Below are positions 1 to 10,771 of a DNA stretch of 64,000 bases, piece after piece. Source of the stretch: Pseudomonadota bacterium (lineage in GTDB: Bacteria; Pseudomonadota; Gammaproteobacteria; Burkholderiales; JAKAFK01); assembly GCA_021817985.1 (NCBI GenBank), contig JAKAFK010000001.1, forward strand, positions 8,523 to 72,522, written 5' to 3'. The notes below the pieces were generated by a model. The model was given only the letters and a program-made list of their open reading frames with translations, was not told where the DNA came from and did not search any database. The number at the start of each line of letters is the position of its first letter. The stretch's first letter is position 1. Position numbers and translations under genes: made by a program.

Positions 1-92
1 TACTTGATGGGATCCCCCCGCATCGGAATCTCGACGATGACATTGAACTCATCGGGCAGGTTGCGCCCGGAATCGACACGGTCCAGGTTCAT
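1..92 (-). CDS. ppa: Soluble (family I) inorganic pyrophosphatase, N-terminal part only; gene runs off the window
   Basis: Not in the ORF track. Minus-strand ATG at 90-92 is preceded by GGAGG (revcomp of 97-101). Translation MNLDRVDSGRNLPDEFNVIVEIPMRGDPIK has the ..IEIP....DPIKYE signature of the N-terminus of family I PPases. Confidence 0.7.
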   Translation of the reverse strand, partial: MNLDRVDSGRNLPDEFNVIVEIPMRGDPIK

Positions 93-180
93 GATACCTC
101 CAATCCGCACACGCGATGGTCGCACGGGTCACCGCCCAGAGGCCGCGCGACAGGCACGCGCCCCCTCTTCCATGCGTCCA

Positions 181-217
181 AAAGGCAAACAAGCCCGCGA
201 CGGATGTCCGCGGGCTT
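181..217 (-). terminator. Rho-independent terminator downstream of hppA
   Basis: 9-bp stem AAGCCCGCG (191-199) / CGCGGGCTT (209-217) with a 9-nt loop. On the minus strand it is followed by a T-rich tract (revcomp of 181-190), about 40 nt after the hppA stop. Confidence 0.6.
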
Positions 218-256
218 GTCTGGCAGGAGGCCATGGGCCTCCGATGCAGCTTGCGA

Positions 257-2278
257 TTACAACAGCACGACGATCAAGAGCGCCACGATGTTGATGATCT
301 TGATCAACGGGTTGATGGCGGGACCCGCGGTATCCTTGTAGGGATCGCCGACGGTATCGCCGGTGACCGCTGCCTTGTGGGCATCGCTCCCCTTGCCGCC
401 AAAGTGGTTGTCTTCAATATACTTCTTCGCGTTGTCCCATGCACCGCCACCGGTGGTCATGGAGATCGCCACGAAGATGCCGGTCACGATGGTCCCCATC
501 AGCACGCCGCCCAGCGCCTGCGGGCCCAGGATCTTGCCGACGAGAATCGGTACCAGGACGGGGAAGAGCGAGGGGATCATCATCTCGCGAATAGCCGCCT
601 TCGTGAGCATGTCGACGGCCTTGGAGTAGTCGGGCTTGGCCTTCCCCTCCATGATCCCCGGAATTTCCTTGAACTGGCGCCGCACTTCGACCACCACCGA
701 ACCCGCCGCGCGACCGACCGCTTCCATCGCCATGGCGCCGAAGAAGTACGGCACCAAGCCGCCGATCAGCAGCCCGATGATGACGCGGTAATTGGAAAGA
801 TCGAAGGCCGTCGTCGTCCCCAGGTGCAGCTGCAGCTCATGGGTGTAGTCCGCAAACAGCACCAGGGCAGCCAAACCCGCCGAACCGATCGCGTACCCTT
901 TGGTCACCGCCTTGGTCGTATTGCCCACCGCGTCGAGCGGATCGGTGACGTTGCGCACGCTTTCCGGCAGCTCCGCCATCTCCGCGATCCCGCCTGCGTT
1001 GTCGGTGACCGGCCCGTAAGCGTCGAGCGCCACGATCATGCCCGTCATGGACAGCATGGCGGTGGCGGCAATGGCGATGCCATAAAGATCCGCCAGCTGG
1101 TAAGCCCCCCAGATGCTCAGGCACACCGCCAGCACCGGCAATGCGGTGGATTTCATGGAGACGCCGAGACCCGCGATGACGTTGGTGCCATGGCCCGTCG
1201 TCGACGCCTGGGCGATGTGCTGAACCGGCGCGTATTCAGTCGCGGTGTAGTACTCCGTGATCACCACCATGGCCGCGGTCAGCGCAATACCGATCAGCGA
1301 CGCATAGTACAGATTCATGACCGGGTACGTGCCATTGCCGCTCATGAACATCTTGGTCACGAAGTAGAACGCGACCGCCGCAAGCACCGCGGACACGATA
1401 AGCCCACGATACAGCGCGTTCATGATCCGTCCACCCTCGCGAGCCTTGACGAAGAACGTGCCGATGATGGAGGCGATGATGGACACCCCCCCAAGCACCA
1501 GGGGATAGAGCACCGCGTTGCCGAACTGGGGCAACACGAGCCCCCCGAGAAGCATGGTCGCGACCACGGTCACGGCATAGGTCTCGAACAGGTCGGCCGC
1601 CATACCGGCGCAGTCACCCACGTTGTCGCCCACGTTGTCGGCGATCACCGCCGGATTGCGCGGATCATCCTCGGGAATGCCGGCCTCGACCTTACCCACC
1701 AGGTCCGCGCCAACGTCGGCGCCCTTGGTGAAGATACCGCCGCCCAGCCGCGCGAAGATGGAAATCAGCGAGCCGCCGAAACCCACCCCGACGAGCGGCT
1801 TCAGGTCGACCGGCTGGCCGGCGGGCGCCAGATGGGAAAGGATGGCATAGTAACCCGCCACGCCGAGGAGTCCCAGACCGACGACCAGGAAACCGGTGAT
1901 GGCACCGCTGCGGAAGGCCACTTGCAGCGCGGCATTGAGTCCCCCGCGCGCCGCTTCGGCCGTGCGTACGTTGGCGCGCACCGAGACGTTCATGCCGATG
2001 AAGCCGGCGGCGGCCGAGCACACCGCCCCGATGGCAAAGCCGAAGGCGGTCAGATCGCCCAGGAAGTAGTACATCAGCACGAACAGCACGACGCCGACGA
2101 TGCCGATGGTCCGGTATTGGCGATTCAGGTAGGCCTGAGCCCCTTCCTGCACCGCCGCCGCGATCTCGCGCATGCGCTCGTTGCCCGTGGGCTTGGCCAC
2201 CACCCAGGAAAACGAGAAAAGCCCGTAAAGAATAGCCAGCACCGCGCACCCCAGTGCAAATATCAAACCTTCCGACAT
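257..2278 (-). CDS. hppA: Membrane H+-translocating pyrophosphatase (K+-independent type by the GNTTKA motif)
   Basis: 673-aa polytopic membrane protein with typical M-PPase motifs ([46 protein letters not shown]). Lys in GNTTKA marks K+-insensitive enzymes. Confidence 0.95.
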   Translation of the reverse strand: MSEGLIFALGCAVLAILYGLFSFSWVVAKPTGNERMREIAAAVQEGAQAYLNRQYRTIGIVGVVLFVLMYYFLGDLTAFGFAIGAVCSAAAGFIGMNVSVRANVRTAEAARGGLNAALQVAFRSGAITGFLVVGLGLLGVAGYYAILSHLAPAGQPVDLKPLVGVGFGGSLISIFARLGGGIFTKGADVGADLVGKVEAGIPEDDPRNPAVIADNVGDNVGDCAGMAADLFETYAVTVVATMLLGGLVLPQFGNAVLYPLVLGGVSIIASIIGTFFVKAREGGRIMNALYRGLIVSAVLAAVAFYFVTKMFMSGNGTYPVMNLYYASLIGIALTAAMVVITEYYTATEYAPVQHIAQASTTGHGTNVIAGLGVSMKSTALPVLAVCLSIWGAYQLADLYGIAIAATAMLSMTGMIVALDAYGPVTDNAGGIAEMAELPESVRNVTDPLDAVGNTTKAVTKGYAIGSAGLAALVLFADYTHELQLHLGTTTAFDLSNYRVIIGLLIGGLVPYFFGAMAMEAVGRAAGSVVVEVRRQFKEIPGIMEGKAKPDYSKAVDMLTKAAIREMMIPSLFPVLVPILVGKILGPQALGGVLMGTIVTGIFVAISMTTGGGAWDNAKKYIEDNHFGGKGSDAHKAAVTGDTVGDPYKDTAGPAINPLIKIINIVALLIVVLL

Positions 2279-2377
2279 GGAATCCTCCTTTGGTTTAAAC
2301 GCCTGTGAAACCCACTTATTGTCGCTTGGGGGCTCTGCTTTGCTTGCTTTGTTATTGTCAGTCTACCGATGGAAAGC

Positions 2378-2674
2378 TCAGTAGTCCTTGGGCTTCATCG
2401 CCAAGCCGCCCGTAAACACCGTGCCCGGCTCAAACCCGAAGATCCGTGTCAGGTCAAGCTCGCGGATAAGACGATCCACCGCTGCCTGCCCGTGCTCCTT
2501 CTGGACCTCCGATAGAATGAGCTTGGCCGAGTTGCCGTTGTAGAACCCGCCGAAACCGGCCTGAACCGCCAGCAGTTCGCGCGCTCTGTCAAGAGTCATC
2601 TCCGATACCCCCGTTCGTTGACTTCGCACCCAGCCGGCTTCCGGCATGCCTTCGCCGGACGAAACGCTTTCCAT
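2378..2674 (-). CDS. Small conserved-looking hypothetical protein between pfp and hppA (start 2674 or internal ATG 2599)
   Basis: The ATG abuts the pfp stop codon directly (..AAA ATC TAA ATG GAA..). Same strand as its neighbours. I recognise no domain. Confidence 0.45.
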   Translation of the reverse strand: MESVSSGEGMPEAGWVRSQRTGVSEMTLDRARELLAVQAGFGGFYNGNSAKLILSEVQKEHGQAAVDRLIRELDLTRIFGFEPGTVFTGGLAMKPKDY

Positions 2675-3937
2675 TTAGATTTTGAACTCTCCTTTCAATT
2701 TCTTCGGTACCGGTGCGTTCTTGAGGGTCACGTAATCGGGCAGGCCCTCGTTGTAGGGGGGATAGTCTTCGCCCTGGATCAAGGGCTGCAGGTAGTTCCT
2801 GCACTTCTGGGTGATGCCGAAGCCGTCTTTGGAAATGAAGTTCATCGGCATGAACTTTTCCTTGTTGGCGACGTCTTTGAGCTCCGCCATGCCGACCTTC
2901 CACTTGTAGGGCGTCTCGGAGGCGCGCACGATCGTAGGCATGACCGAGTTGTACCCCTTCAGCGCCAGTTCCACGGCCGCCTTGCCCAGCGCATAGGCTT
3001 GCTTGACGTCCGTCTTGGAGGCGATATGCCGTGCGGCGCGCTGCAGGTAGTCCGCGACCCCCCAGTGGTACTTGTAGCCGAGCTTTTCCTTCACCAGGCT
3101 TGCCACCACCGGAGCGGCGCCGCCCAACTGGGCGTGGCCGAATGCGTCGCGGGTGCCCGATTCGGCGAGGAAGCGCCCATCCGGCCACTTCGTCCCTTCG
3201 GACACGACCACCGTGCAATAGCCGAACTGCTCGACCTTCTCCTTCACCTTGGCGAGAAATTTGTCCTGGTCGAAGGTCACCTCGGGGAACAGGATGACGA
3301 TGGGGATATCGTGATCCTTGTCCGCCGCCAGGGCGCCGGCGGCCGCGATCCAGCCCGCATGGCGCCCCATGACCTCAAGCACGAACACCTTGGTGGACGT
3401 CTTGGCCATGGACGCGACATCAAAGCTCGCCTCGCGCGTGGACACCGCGATGTATTTCGCAACCGACCCGAAACCGGGGCAGCAGTCCGTGATCGGCAAG
3501 TCGTTATCGACCGTCTTGGGCACATGGATCGCCTGAATGGGATAACCCATCTTCTCGGCCAGTTGCGAGACCTTGAGGCAGGTGTCGGCGGAGTCGCCGC
3601 CGCCGTTGTAGAAGAAATAGCCGATATTGTGCGCCTTGAAGACCTCCATCAGCCGCTCATACTGCGCCTTGTTCTCCTCCAGGCCCTTGAGTTTGTAGCG
3701 GCACGAGCCGAACGCGCCCGACGGCGTGTAGCGCAGTGCGGCAATGGCCTTTTCAGACTCCTTGCTGGTGTCGATCAGATCCTCGGTCAGCGCGCCGATA
3801 ATGCCGTTGCGGCCGGCGTACACCTTGCCGATCACATCCTTGTGCGCGCGCGCCGTCTCAATCACGCCGCACGCGGACGCATTGATGACCGCCGTGACGC
3901 CGCCCGACTGGGCATAAAAGGCGTTCTTCTTCGCCAT
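2675..3937 (-). CDS. pfp: 6-phosphofructokinase, probably pyrophosphate-dependent (PPi-PFK)
   Basis: PFK-family protein MAKKNAFYAQSGGVTAVINASACG.., 420 aa from the ATG at 3937, with GGGAG-like RBS upstream. The ORF-track start at 4015 adds a non-homologous leader. PPi specificity is inferred from subfamily look and the hppA/ppa neighbourhood. Confidence 0.8.
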   Translation of the reverse strand: MAKKNAFYAQSGGVTAVINASACGVIETARAHKDVIGKVYAGRNGIIGALTEDLIDTSKESEKAIAALRYTPSGAFGSCRYKLKGLEENKAQYERLMEVFKAHNIGYFFYNGGGDSADTCLKVSQLAEKMGYPIQAIHVPKTVDNDLPITDCCPGFGSVAKYIAVSTREASFDVASMAKTSTKVFVLEVMGRHAGWIAAAGALAADKDHDIPIVILFPEVTFDQDKFLAKVKEKVEQFGYCTVVVSEGTKWPDGRFLAESGTRDAFGHAQLGGAAPVVASLVKEKLGYKYHWGVADYLQRAARHIASKTDVKQAYALGKAAVELALKGYNSVMPTIVRASETPYKWKVGMAELKDVANKEKFMPMNFISKDGFGITQKCRNYLQPLIQGEDYPPYNEGLPDYVTLKNAPVPKKLKGEFKI

Positions 3938-4168
3938 ATCCCCAACTCCCTCTCGATTAATTGAAATCTCACGGACGAGCCGGCGGCCCATGCCCACCGG
4001 CTCGTCAAAATTCACTCATGCATCGGTGCCAAAACCACTTTGTCAATGTGGTCTGGCTGGCGCCAGCCACCACTGGGCCGCGCATATGAAATCGGCGGCA
4101 CACGGCCGCCAACAAGCAAACAAGCGCTCGACGCCTCGCTACAGGACGCTAGCCCCTGGCCTCCTCAC

Positions 4169-4549
4169 TCAACCGAGCTCGCGACCCGTCTTGCCGGAGG
4201 TCACGCCCGCCTTCTTTTGCTCATGGTCGGCTTGCAGCCGAAGAAGCGTCGTCACGCACTCGGCGAGGTCGTCATAGTCTTCTCGGCCCGTGCCGAACTG
4301 CTCCCGAACGGAGTAAAAGAAGTAGCAGCGATAGCGCGACTCGCCCACCTTGCACAGGACGAACCCTGCGCCGCGCTCATTCCAATAGACGGTCGGACAC
4401 ACGGTGAGCTCCCGATCCTCGGGATAAAGCCTAAGCTCGCTATCGGCGAGCTGGGTCTCCACCGCATGGCCATAGCGCTCCTTGAGTGCGGAATTGATCA
4501 CCCACAGCTCGGCATCGGTAAAATCAGGAATCGGCATCGAGCAACCCAA
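4169..4549 (-). CDS. Hypothetical protein (alternative start at 4537, MPIPDF..)
   Basis: 126-aa ORF on the same strand as its neighbours. No recognisable domain. Confidence 0.4.
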   Translation of the reverse strand: MGCSMPIPDFTDAELWVINSALKERYGHAVETQLADSELRLYPEDRELTVCPTVYWNERGAGFVLCKVGESRYRCYFFYSVREQFGTGREDYDDLAECVTTLLRLQADHEQKKAGVTSGKTGRELG

Positions 4550-4634
4550 CCCTATCCAACATTAATAGGCTCCGCAGGCGAGGCCATCCGGCGCGCCGTG
4601 CCCGCGACCCATGCGCAGGCACGGCGCAAGCGTC

Positions 4635-5315
<681 letters not shown>

Positions 5316-5407
5316 TCAATACGAAATCGATGTCAAAACTGCGTAAGGGTATTTTAATTGCACACCCATGGACATTTAATTTTTTTTATCGTCATATAAA
5401 TCGCCCT

Positions 5408-6178
5408 TTACGTTTCGCCTGCCGCGACCCGGCGACACGCCTCGGCCAAATCGTCCGGCGTATCGACGCCGCGCGGGGGCGCCGCGTCGAACACCACCAC
5501 CCGGATGCGATAGCCGGCCCAAAGCGCGCGCAGCTGCTCCAGCGCCTCGAAGCGCTCCAGTTCAGGGGCCGCCAGCGCACTGTAGGCCTTCAGGAAACCT
5601 ACCCGGTAGGCATAGAGCCCGATATGGTGCAAGGCCGGCAGCCCCTCGGGCAAGGATGCGCCGGGATCGCGGAACTCGTCGCGCGCAAACGGAATGGGCG
5701 CACGTGAGAAATAGAGTGCACACCCCGCGCGGTCGAGCACGACCTTCACCACGTTTGGATCGAACAATGTCGCCCGATCGCGGATGCGATGGGCACCCGT
5801 GGCGATCGCCGCGCCAGGATCCTCGTGCAGCGCGGCGGCCAGCCTCCGGATCGCATCGACGGGGACAAAGGGCTCATCGCCTTGCACGTTGACGACGATG
5901 TCCTCGTCAGCCCAGCCGAACCGGCTCGCGACTTCCGCGACGCGATCAGTACCGGAAAGGTGACGCTCGTCGGTCATCACCGCCCGGTAGCCATGCGCAT
6001 CGACTGCCCTCGAGACTTCCAGCGAGTCGGTCGCCACCCACACGCCCTCCGCGCCTGCATGCGCCGCCCGATCGGCCACGCGGACGACCATCGGCCGGCC
6101 ATGGATATCGGCCAGCGGCTTGCCTGGCAAGCGCGTCGAGGCGTAGCGGGCAGGAATGACGATCTTGAAGCGGGTCAT
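5408..6178 (-). CDS. kdsB: 3-deoxy-manno-octulosonate cytidylyltransferase (CMP-Kdo synthetase)
   Basis: [25 protein letters not shown].. is a typical KdsB N-terminus. Start trimmed to the ATG at 6178 (256 aa). Confidence 0.9.
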   Translation of the reverse strand: MTRFKIVIPARYASTRLPGKPLADIHGRPMVVRVADRAAHAGAEGVWVATDSLEVSRAVDAHGYRAVMTDERHLSGTDRVAEVASRFGWADEDIVVNVQGDEPFVPVDAIRRLAAALHEDPGAAIATGAHRIRDRATLFDPNVVKVVLDRAGCALYFSRAPIPFARDEFRDPGASLPEGLPALHHIGLYAYRVGFLKAYSALAAPELERFEALEQLRALWAGYRIRVVVFDAAPPRGVDTPDDLAEACRRVAAGET

Positions 6179-6201
6179 GCGAAGTCCCCCGGGATTGAAG
6201 C

Positions 6202-6384
6202 CTACCCGACCTCCTCTTCGGGCGGGAGCCGGCGCGCCTCTTCTTCCAGCATCACGGGAATCCCGTCCTTGATCGGATAGCCGAGGCGGCACGGCTTGCA
6301 GATCAGTTCCTGGTCGGCCCGATGATAGACAAGGGGACCCTTGCACACCGGGCACACAAGAATTTCGAGCAGCTTTGCATCCAT
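6202..6384 (-). CDS. Trm112/YcaR-family small zinc-ribbon protein
   Basis: [38 protein letters not shown], 60 aa from the ATG at 6384. Sits in the conserved lpxK-ycaR-kdsB position. Confidence 0.8.
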   Translation of the reverse strand: MDAKLLEILVCPVCKGPLVYHRADQELICKPCRLGYPIKDGIPVMLEEEARRLPPEEEVG

Positions 6385-6398
6385 GAGGCATCCCATCC

Positions 6399-7409
6399 CT
6401 ATTGCTTGAGTTCCGTTAAGATCCGCTCGCCCAAAGCCGGATCGACTTCGGCCCGCACCTGCAGCATCCACCAGTGCCCGGCCGCGAATGCCGTACATTT
6501 TACCGCATCCTTCTCGGTCATCACGATCGCATCATACCCATCGAAGGCGAGATCGGCTGCCGTGAACGCATAATGGTCGGGAAACGTCTGCCGGTCAAAG
6601 TCCCTCATCCCAAGGCGTCTTAGCTCATCGAAGAACCGCTGGGGGTTGCCGATCCCCGCGATCGCACGCACGCGCTTGCCCTCGAAGGCCCGCGGCTCGA
6701 CGCACCGGCCGGGCTCGCGCACGCTGCACAACCGCTCGCCCACCAATCCCATCCGGTAGGCTGCGGCAGGGGGTGGGTCATCGGCGGACCAAACCCCGTT
6801 CACCACCACCGCATCGCAGTGATTCAGGCGGCTCACCGGTTCGCGCAGGGGACCGGCCGGCAACGGCAACCGGTTGCCAAATCCACGCGCCCCATCGACG
6901 ACCGCGATCTCGAAGTCGCGGGCAAGCCGATAGTGCTGCAGCCCATCGTCGGCGACCAGCACGTCGCATTCCGGATGGGCGGCCAGCAAGGCGGCCCCGG
7001 CGGCCGCGCGATCCCTGCCGACCCAAACGGGACAGCCGGCGCGCCGGGCGAGCAGGAGGGGCTCGTCGCCCACCGCACCGGGGTCCGCATCCGGGGCCAC
7101 CGCCTGCAATGAACGCTCCCCGCCATAGCCGCGAGCCACGATGCCCGGACGCAGGCCCGCGCGCCGCAGAAAGTCCACGAGCCACAAGACCAACGGCGTT
7201 TTTCCGGTGCCTCCCACGGTGATGTTCCCGACCACGATGACCGGAACCGGCAGACGCACGCGTCTCGCCCAACCCCTCGCAAAACCCGCCCGACGCATGC
7301 CCGCGAGCACACGAAAAACAATGGCCACGGGCAGGAGGATGCCCAGCCAAGCCTTGCGCGCATACCATTGCTCCGCAAGCCAAGTCCCGGCGCGCCCTCT
7401 CGCGCTCAT
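6399..7409 (-). CDS. lpxK: Tetraacyldisaccharide 4'-kinase
   Basis: [14 protein letters not shown]-loop and LpxK-like length (336 aa) from the ATG at 7409. Confidence 0.9.
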   Translation of the reverse strand: MSARGRAGTWLAEQWYARKAWLGILLPVAIVFRVLAGMRRAGFARGWARRVRLPVPVIVVGNITVGGTGKTPLVLWLVDFLRRAGLRPGIVARGYGGERSLQAVAPDADPGAVGDEPLLLARRAGCPVWVGRDRAAAGAALLAAHPECDVLVADDGLQHYRLARDFEIAVVDGARGFGNRLPLPAGPLREPVSRLNHCDAVVVNGVWSADDPPPAAAYRMGLVGERLCSVREPGRCVEPRAFEGKRVRAIAGIGNPQRFFDELRRLGMRDFDRQTFPDHYAFTAADLAFDGYDAIVMTEKDAVKCTAFAAGHWWMLQVRAEVDPALGERILTELKQ

Positions 7410-7434
7410 GACGCCGGCGCCTGTCGAGATCGCG

Positions 7435-8550
7435 TCAGGACCATGCGAAGATCCTTTCGAGCAGTTCCTCGTTGATTTCGCCAGCCAGCCTGCGTTCCTC
7501 CCAGAAGACCCGCCGAGCCGCATCTCCCCGGCCACGCGCGAAGATCGGATCGGCGCGATAGCGGGACCACGTGCCAATCAGCTCGTCCGGCCCCGCCAAC
7601 CACGAGACCGCCTCGGAAAGCGCGGGTTTCGGCAGCCGATCGATGTCCGCACAGCTCACGGCGCAGCCACCCGCAAGCGCCACCCACAAGAAGGAGGGCT
7701 CCGGCCGCTCAAAATGGGCGCCCGTGGCGCTGGCCGCGAGCGCGGGCAGCCATTGGAGCACGTCGACCGCCACCAGGGCGCCTCCCGGAACCGCTGCCCG
7801 TTCCCAGCGACTCAAAGGCAGCAGGGAATGCGCAAATGCCTCGGATGCCCGCCCGCTCAAGAAGAACACGTCATCGGGAAAATGGCTGCGCACCGCCTGC
7901 AACAACGCGCCCATGCGGCCGCCGTCATCGCCATGCAACCACCAGAGGTGGCGGGACGACGCGCCGTTGATCAGGGATTTGAAGTTCGGCTCGACCTGGG
8001 CCGGGATGAGCAAGGTGGCGAGGTCCGCCGCCGGCGCTTGCGTTGCGCCCCGCCACGAGGCCCCTTGGGAGGCGTTTGACGGGTAGATGCGCTCGGCGCG
8101 AAGCGGCCCTTCGGGCCCCTCCGCATCGATGACGAGCACGTGCGGCACTTGCCCCACCGCGCGGGCGAGATGGGGGCGCGGGCACCGCCGCACGAAGATC
8201 ACGCCCAGGGGCGACAGCCGCGCGAGCATGCGCGACACGGCAAGGGGATGATCGCATGCGCCATAGCCCCATCCTGTCTTAGGAGACTCGGCCAGTCCGG
8301 CGAGGAGATCCGGGAACTCCGTCTCGAAGGTCAGCACGAGGCGTATGTCGAGGCGTCTCAAACGGATCGCCTGGACAAGCGCAACCCCGAGCCCGACGCT
8401 TTCCCGGGTGGCCCCTGCCACAAGCCATACCACGCGCCCGCGGGCGGCAGGCGCGCGCACCCTTCCCCAACGCGCGCGGGCGCGCGCCGCACGGCCACGG
8501 AGCCGGTCCCGCAAGCCGTGGTACCACAAGGCAGGAAGGAAAGAGCCCAT
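7435..8550 (-). CDS. Divergent Kdo-transferase-like (WaaA/KdtA, GT30-like) protein; start 8550 (ATG) or 8601 (GTG)
   Basis: The N-terminus (..RWGRV..VVWLVAGATRESVGLGVALVQAI) parallels WaaA (..RWGERyG..imlHsvSvGEt.aa.pLv.al), but the signature residues are substituted. Confidence 0.45.
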   Translation of the reverse strand: MGSFLPALWYHGLRDRLRGRAARARARWGRVRAPAARGRVVWLVAGATRESVGLGVALVQAIRLRRLDIRLVLTFETEFPDLLAGLAESPKTGWGYGACDHPLAVSRMLARLSPLGVIFVRRCPRPHLARAVGQVPHVLVIDAEGPEGPLRAERIYPSNASQGASWRGATQAPAADLATLLIPAQVEPNFKSLINGASSRHLWWLHGDDGGRMGALLQAVRSHFPDDVFFLSGRASEAFAHSLLPLSRWERAAVPGGALVAVDVLQWLPALAASATGAHFERPEPSFLWVALAGGCAVSCADIDRLPKPALSEAVSWLAGPDELIGTWSRYRADPIFARGRGDAARRVFWEERRLAGEINEELLERIFAWS

Positions 8551-8647
8551 CGGATCCGCCAGGGCAGCCTCCAGGCGCCTTGGCTTCGGTGCGCGGGCCA
8601 CGGGTTATCCTGCGAACGCGCCAGGCGCCGCGTCACCGAACAGCCGC

Positions 8648-9070
8648 CTAGTGATCCTTGGTTTCCTGGGTCGCGAACGTGACATGCACATAACCCGCGA
8701 GCCTTGAGGCTTCCATGACATTGATCACGGATTGGTAGGGCACCTTGGCATCGGCGTTGATGACCACCGTCGGATCCTTCGTCTGCCCGGCCGCACGGTG
8801 CAAGTCGGCGCTCAGCGCGTCGACGCCTCGAAAACCCACGGGCACACTGTTGATCACATAGTGTCCTTGGAGATCGATGGCCACGTTGATCTGCGTCGGT
8901 TTGTCGATCGCCTTCTCGCCCTGGGCCTGCGGCAGGTTGATCTGCAGCTGGGAGAACCGGGAGTAGGTCGTCGTGACCATCAGGAAAATCAGGATCACGA
9001 GCAAGACATCGATCATCGGGATCAGATTGATCTCAGGCTCATCGCGACGCCTTCCGCGCAGGAAATTCAT
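8648..9070 (-). CDS. exbD: ExbD/TolR-family biopolymer transport protein
   Basis: 140 aa. Has the INLIPMIDVLLVILIFLMV single TM segment typical of ExbD. Confidence 0.9.
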   Translation of the reverse strand: MNFLRGRRRDEPEINLIPMIDVLLVILIFLMVTTTYSRFSQLQINLPQAQGEKAIDKPTQINVAIDLQGHYVINSVPVGFRGVDALSADLHRAAGQTKDPTVVINADAKVPYQSVINVMEASRLAGYVHVTFATQETKDH

Positions 9071-9080
9071 GGATTGCGCC

Positions 9081-9686
9081 CTACTTGCGCTCGCCGTGGA
9101 CGAGCTCGACCAGTTTGATGGCCTGCTGTTCCATGTCCATCAACAGCGACTCGACCTTGCCCCGGAAGAAGCGATAGAAGATCATGCTGGGAATCGCGAC
9201 GATCAGCCCGGACGCGGTATTGTAAAGCGCCACCGAAATGCCATGCGCGATCACGGCCGGGTTGGCATCCCCCGGTGTTTGCGCACCGAAGAGCTCAACC
9301 ATCCCGATGACGGTGCCCAGGAGCCCGAGCAACGGGGCAACGGCGGCGATCGTTCCGAGACTCGTGAGAAAACGTTCCAGCTCGTGAGCGCCCGCCCGTC
9401 CGGCTTCCTCGATCGCTTCCTTCATGACGTCCCGCGAGCTCTTGACGTTGCGCAGTCCCGCGGCGAATATCCGCCCGAGCAGCGGGCCTTGCGCCAGACG
9501 CGACACCAATTCGGCGTTGGCCCCCTTCTTGTTCAGTTCGGCCACCACCTGGGGTAGCAGGTCACGCGGCGCCACGAGGCCGTAGCGCAGGGACCACAGG
9601 CGCTCCACGATGATGGCGAGCGAGAACACCGAGGCAATGAGAATCGGCCAGATCGGCCATCCGGCCGCTTTAATGACATCAAACAC
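9081..9686 (-). CDS. exbB: MotA/TolQ/ExbB-family proton channel
   Basis: Three-TM ExbB-like protein. Start trimmed to the GTG at 9686, which lies 6 nt after GGAGA (MFDVIKAAGWPIW..). Confidence 0.85.
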   Translation of the reverse strand: MFDVIKAAGWPIWPILIASVFSLAIIVERLWSLRYGLVAPRDLLPQVVAELNKKGANAELVSRLAQGPLLGRIFAAGLRNVKSSRDVMKEAIEEAGRAGAHELERFLTSLGTIAAVAPLLGLLGTVIGMVELFGAQTPGDANPAVIAHGISVALYNTASGLIVAIPSMIFYRFFRGKVESLLMDMEQQAIKLVELVHGERK

Positions 9687-9959
9687 GCATCTTCTCCATC
9701 GGCAAAGCACGCACCCGAGGCTTCGTCTTAAAGCGGGGCCAGACGAAGCTCCGGGGAGACAAGTGCGTCACTTTAGCCTGCCCGCACATTTTGGGCAAGC
9801 CCGGTTGCGCCCAGGCCACGGCTGATGCCGCTTGTGCCCAATTTCACCCGAATTTTCGGCGCGCATCGCCGCAGGCGCCGCGGCAAAGGACAAACCGTTG
9901 GACCCACGGCCGGGCTCGGGGTTGCGGACGCTGAGCGTGGGGCAGGCACTTCGCCCGGG

Positions 9960-10613
9960 CTAGGTCACATCGAATGAGGCGATGGCTTCGGTTTCGGCTC
10001 GCGCGTCCGCGAGCCACTCACCCATGGCCGGCAATGCCATGATCCGTTCGGCATACGCGGCCGCATCGCCCGGCAACGCGACCCGATAGATCTGCAAGCG
10101 CAGCACGACAGGGGCAAAGAAGGCATCGGCGATCGTAAAGGGCCCGAACAGGAACCCGCCCTGGGAAGCCCCGGAAAGGCATGCATTCCAGCCCTCAAGC
10201 ACTCGTTCCACGTCGTGTTGTACGGCTGCGTCCATCGGCACCGCCGCAGGGGCCCGTCGGATGTTCATGGGGAGCCGGCTGCGCAGGGCGGCAAATCCTG
10301 AGTGCATCTCGGCGCATAAGGCGCGGGCGGTCGCACGCGCACGTCGATCCGTGGGCCACAGGTTCGCCTGCGGGAAGGATTCTGCAAGATACTCGCAGAT
10401 AGCCAGGGAATCCCACACCGTCGTATCGCCATCCCGTAGGACCGGAACTTTCCCCGTCGGCCCGTAGGCCAGCATTTGTCGCTTGGAATCCGGGGTATAG
10501 AGGGGAATTCTGACCTCCCGGAACGGGATACCGGCCTGTTTGAGGACCAGCCAGGGGCGAAGCGACCAAGACGAATAGTTCTTGTTTCCGATCACAAGAG
10601 TCAGATCTGCCAT
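9960..10613 (-). CDS. Glutathione S-transferase family protein
   Basis: MADLTLVIGNKNYSSWSLRPWLVLK.. is a GST N-terminal thioredoxin-like fold, followed by a C-terminal helical domain. ATG at 10613. Confidence 0.8.
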   Translation of the reverse strand: MADLTLVIGNKNYSSWSLRPWLVLKQAGIPFREVRIPLYTPDSKRQMLAYGPTGKVPVLRDGDTTVWDSLAICEYLAESFPQANLWPTDRRARATARALCAEMHSGFAALRSRLPMNIRRAPAAVPMDAAVQHDVERVLEGWNACLSGASQGGFLFGPFTIADAFFAPVVLRLQIYRVALPGDAAAYAERIMALPAMGEWLADARAETEAIASFDVT

Positions 10614-10771
10614 TGGGACTCCATCACGCCATCGGTTGTTCGGAATGGGCGCAGCCCGCCTCAGGATAGGCGACTTGGCCCATCGTCGATCGCCCCTGCC
10701 TATTTTAGGGAAACGGGCTCGGGACGGCAATGCGGGCCACCGACAGGCAGCCGCCGATGTTAAAATAGGGC

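Noticed and set aside
116-2308. 730-aa plus-strand ORF overlapping hppA. Similar long antisense ORFs occur at 2618-3964, 30779-32014, 33107-34462, 34960-36363, 36813-38645, 38700-39914 and 50117-52117.
   Set aside because: All lie opposite genes with unmistakable homology. Their translations are Arg/Gly/Pro/His-rich low-complexity strings typical of stop-poor antisense frames in high-GC DNA.
9726-9760. 9-bp hairpin GCTTCGTCT/AGACGAAGC between the GST gene and exbB.
   Set aside because: It has no T-tract on the relevant strand and lies ~200 nt after the GST stop. I cannot distinguish a terminator from a leader structure.
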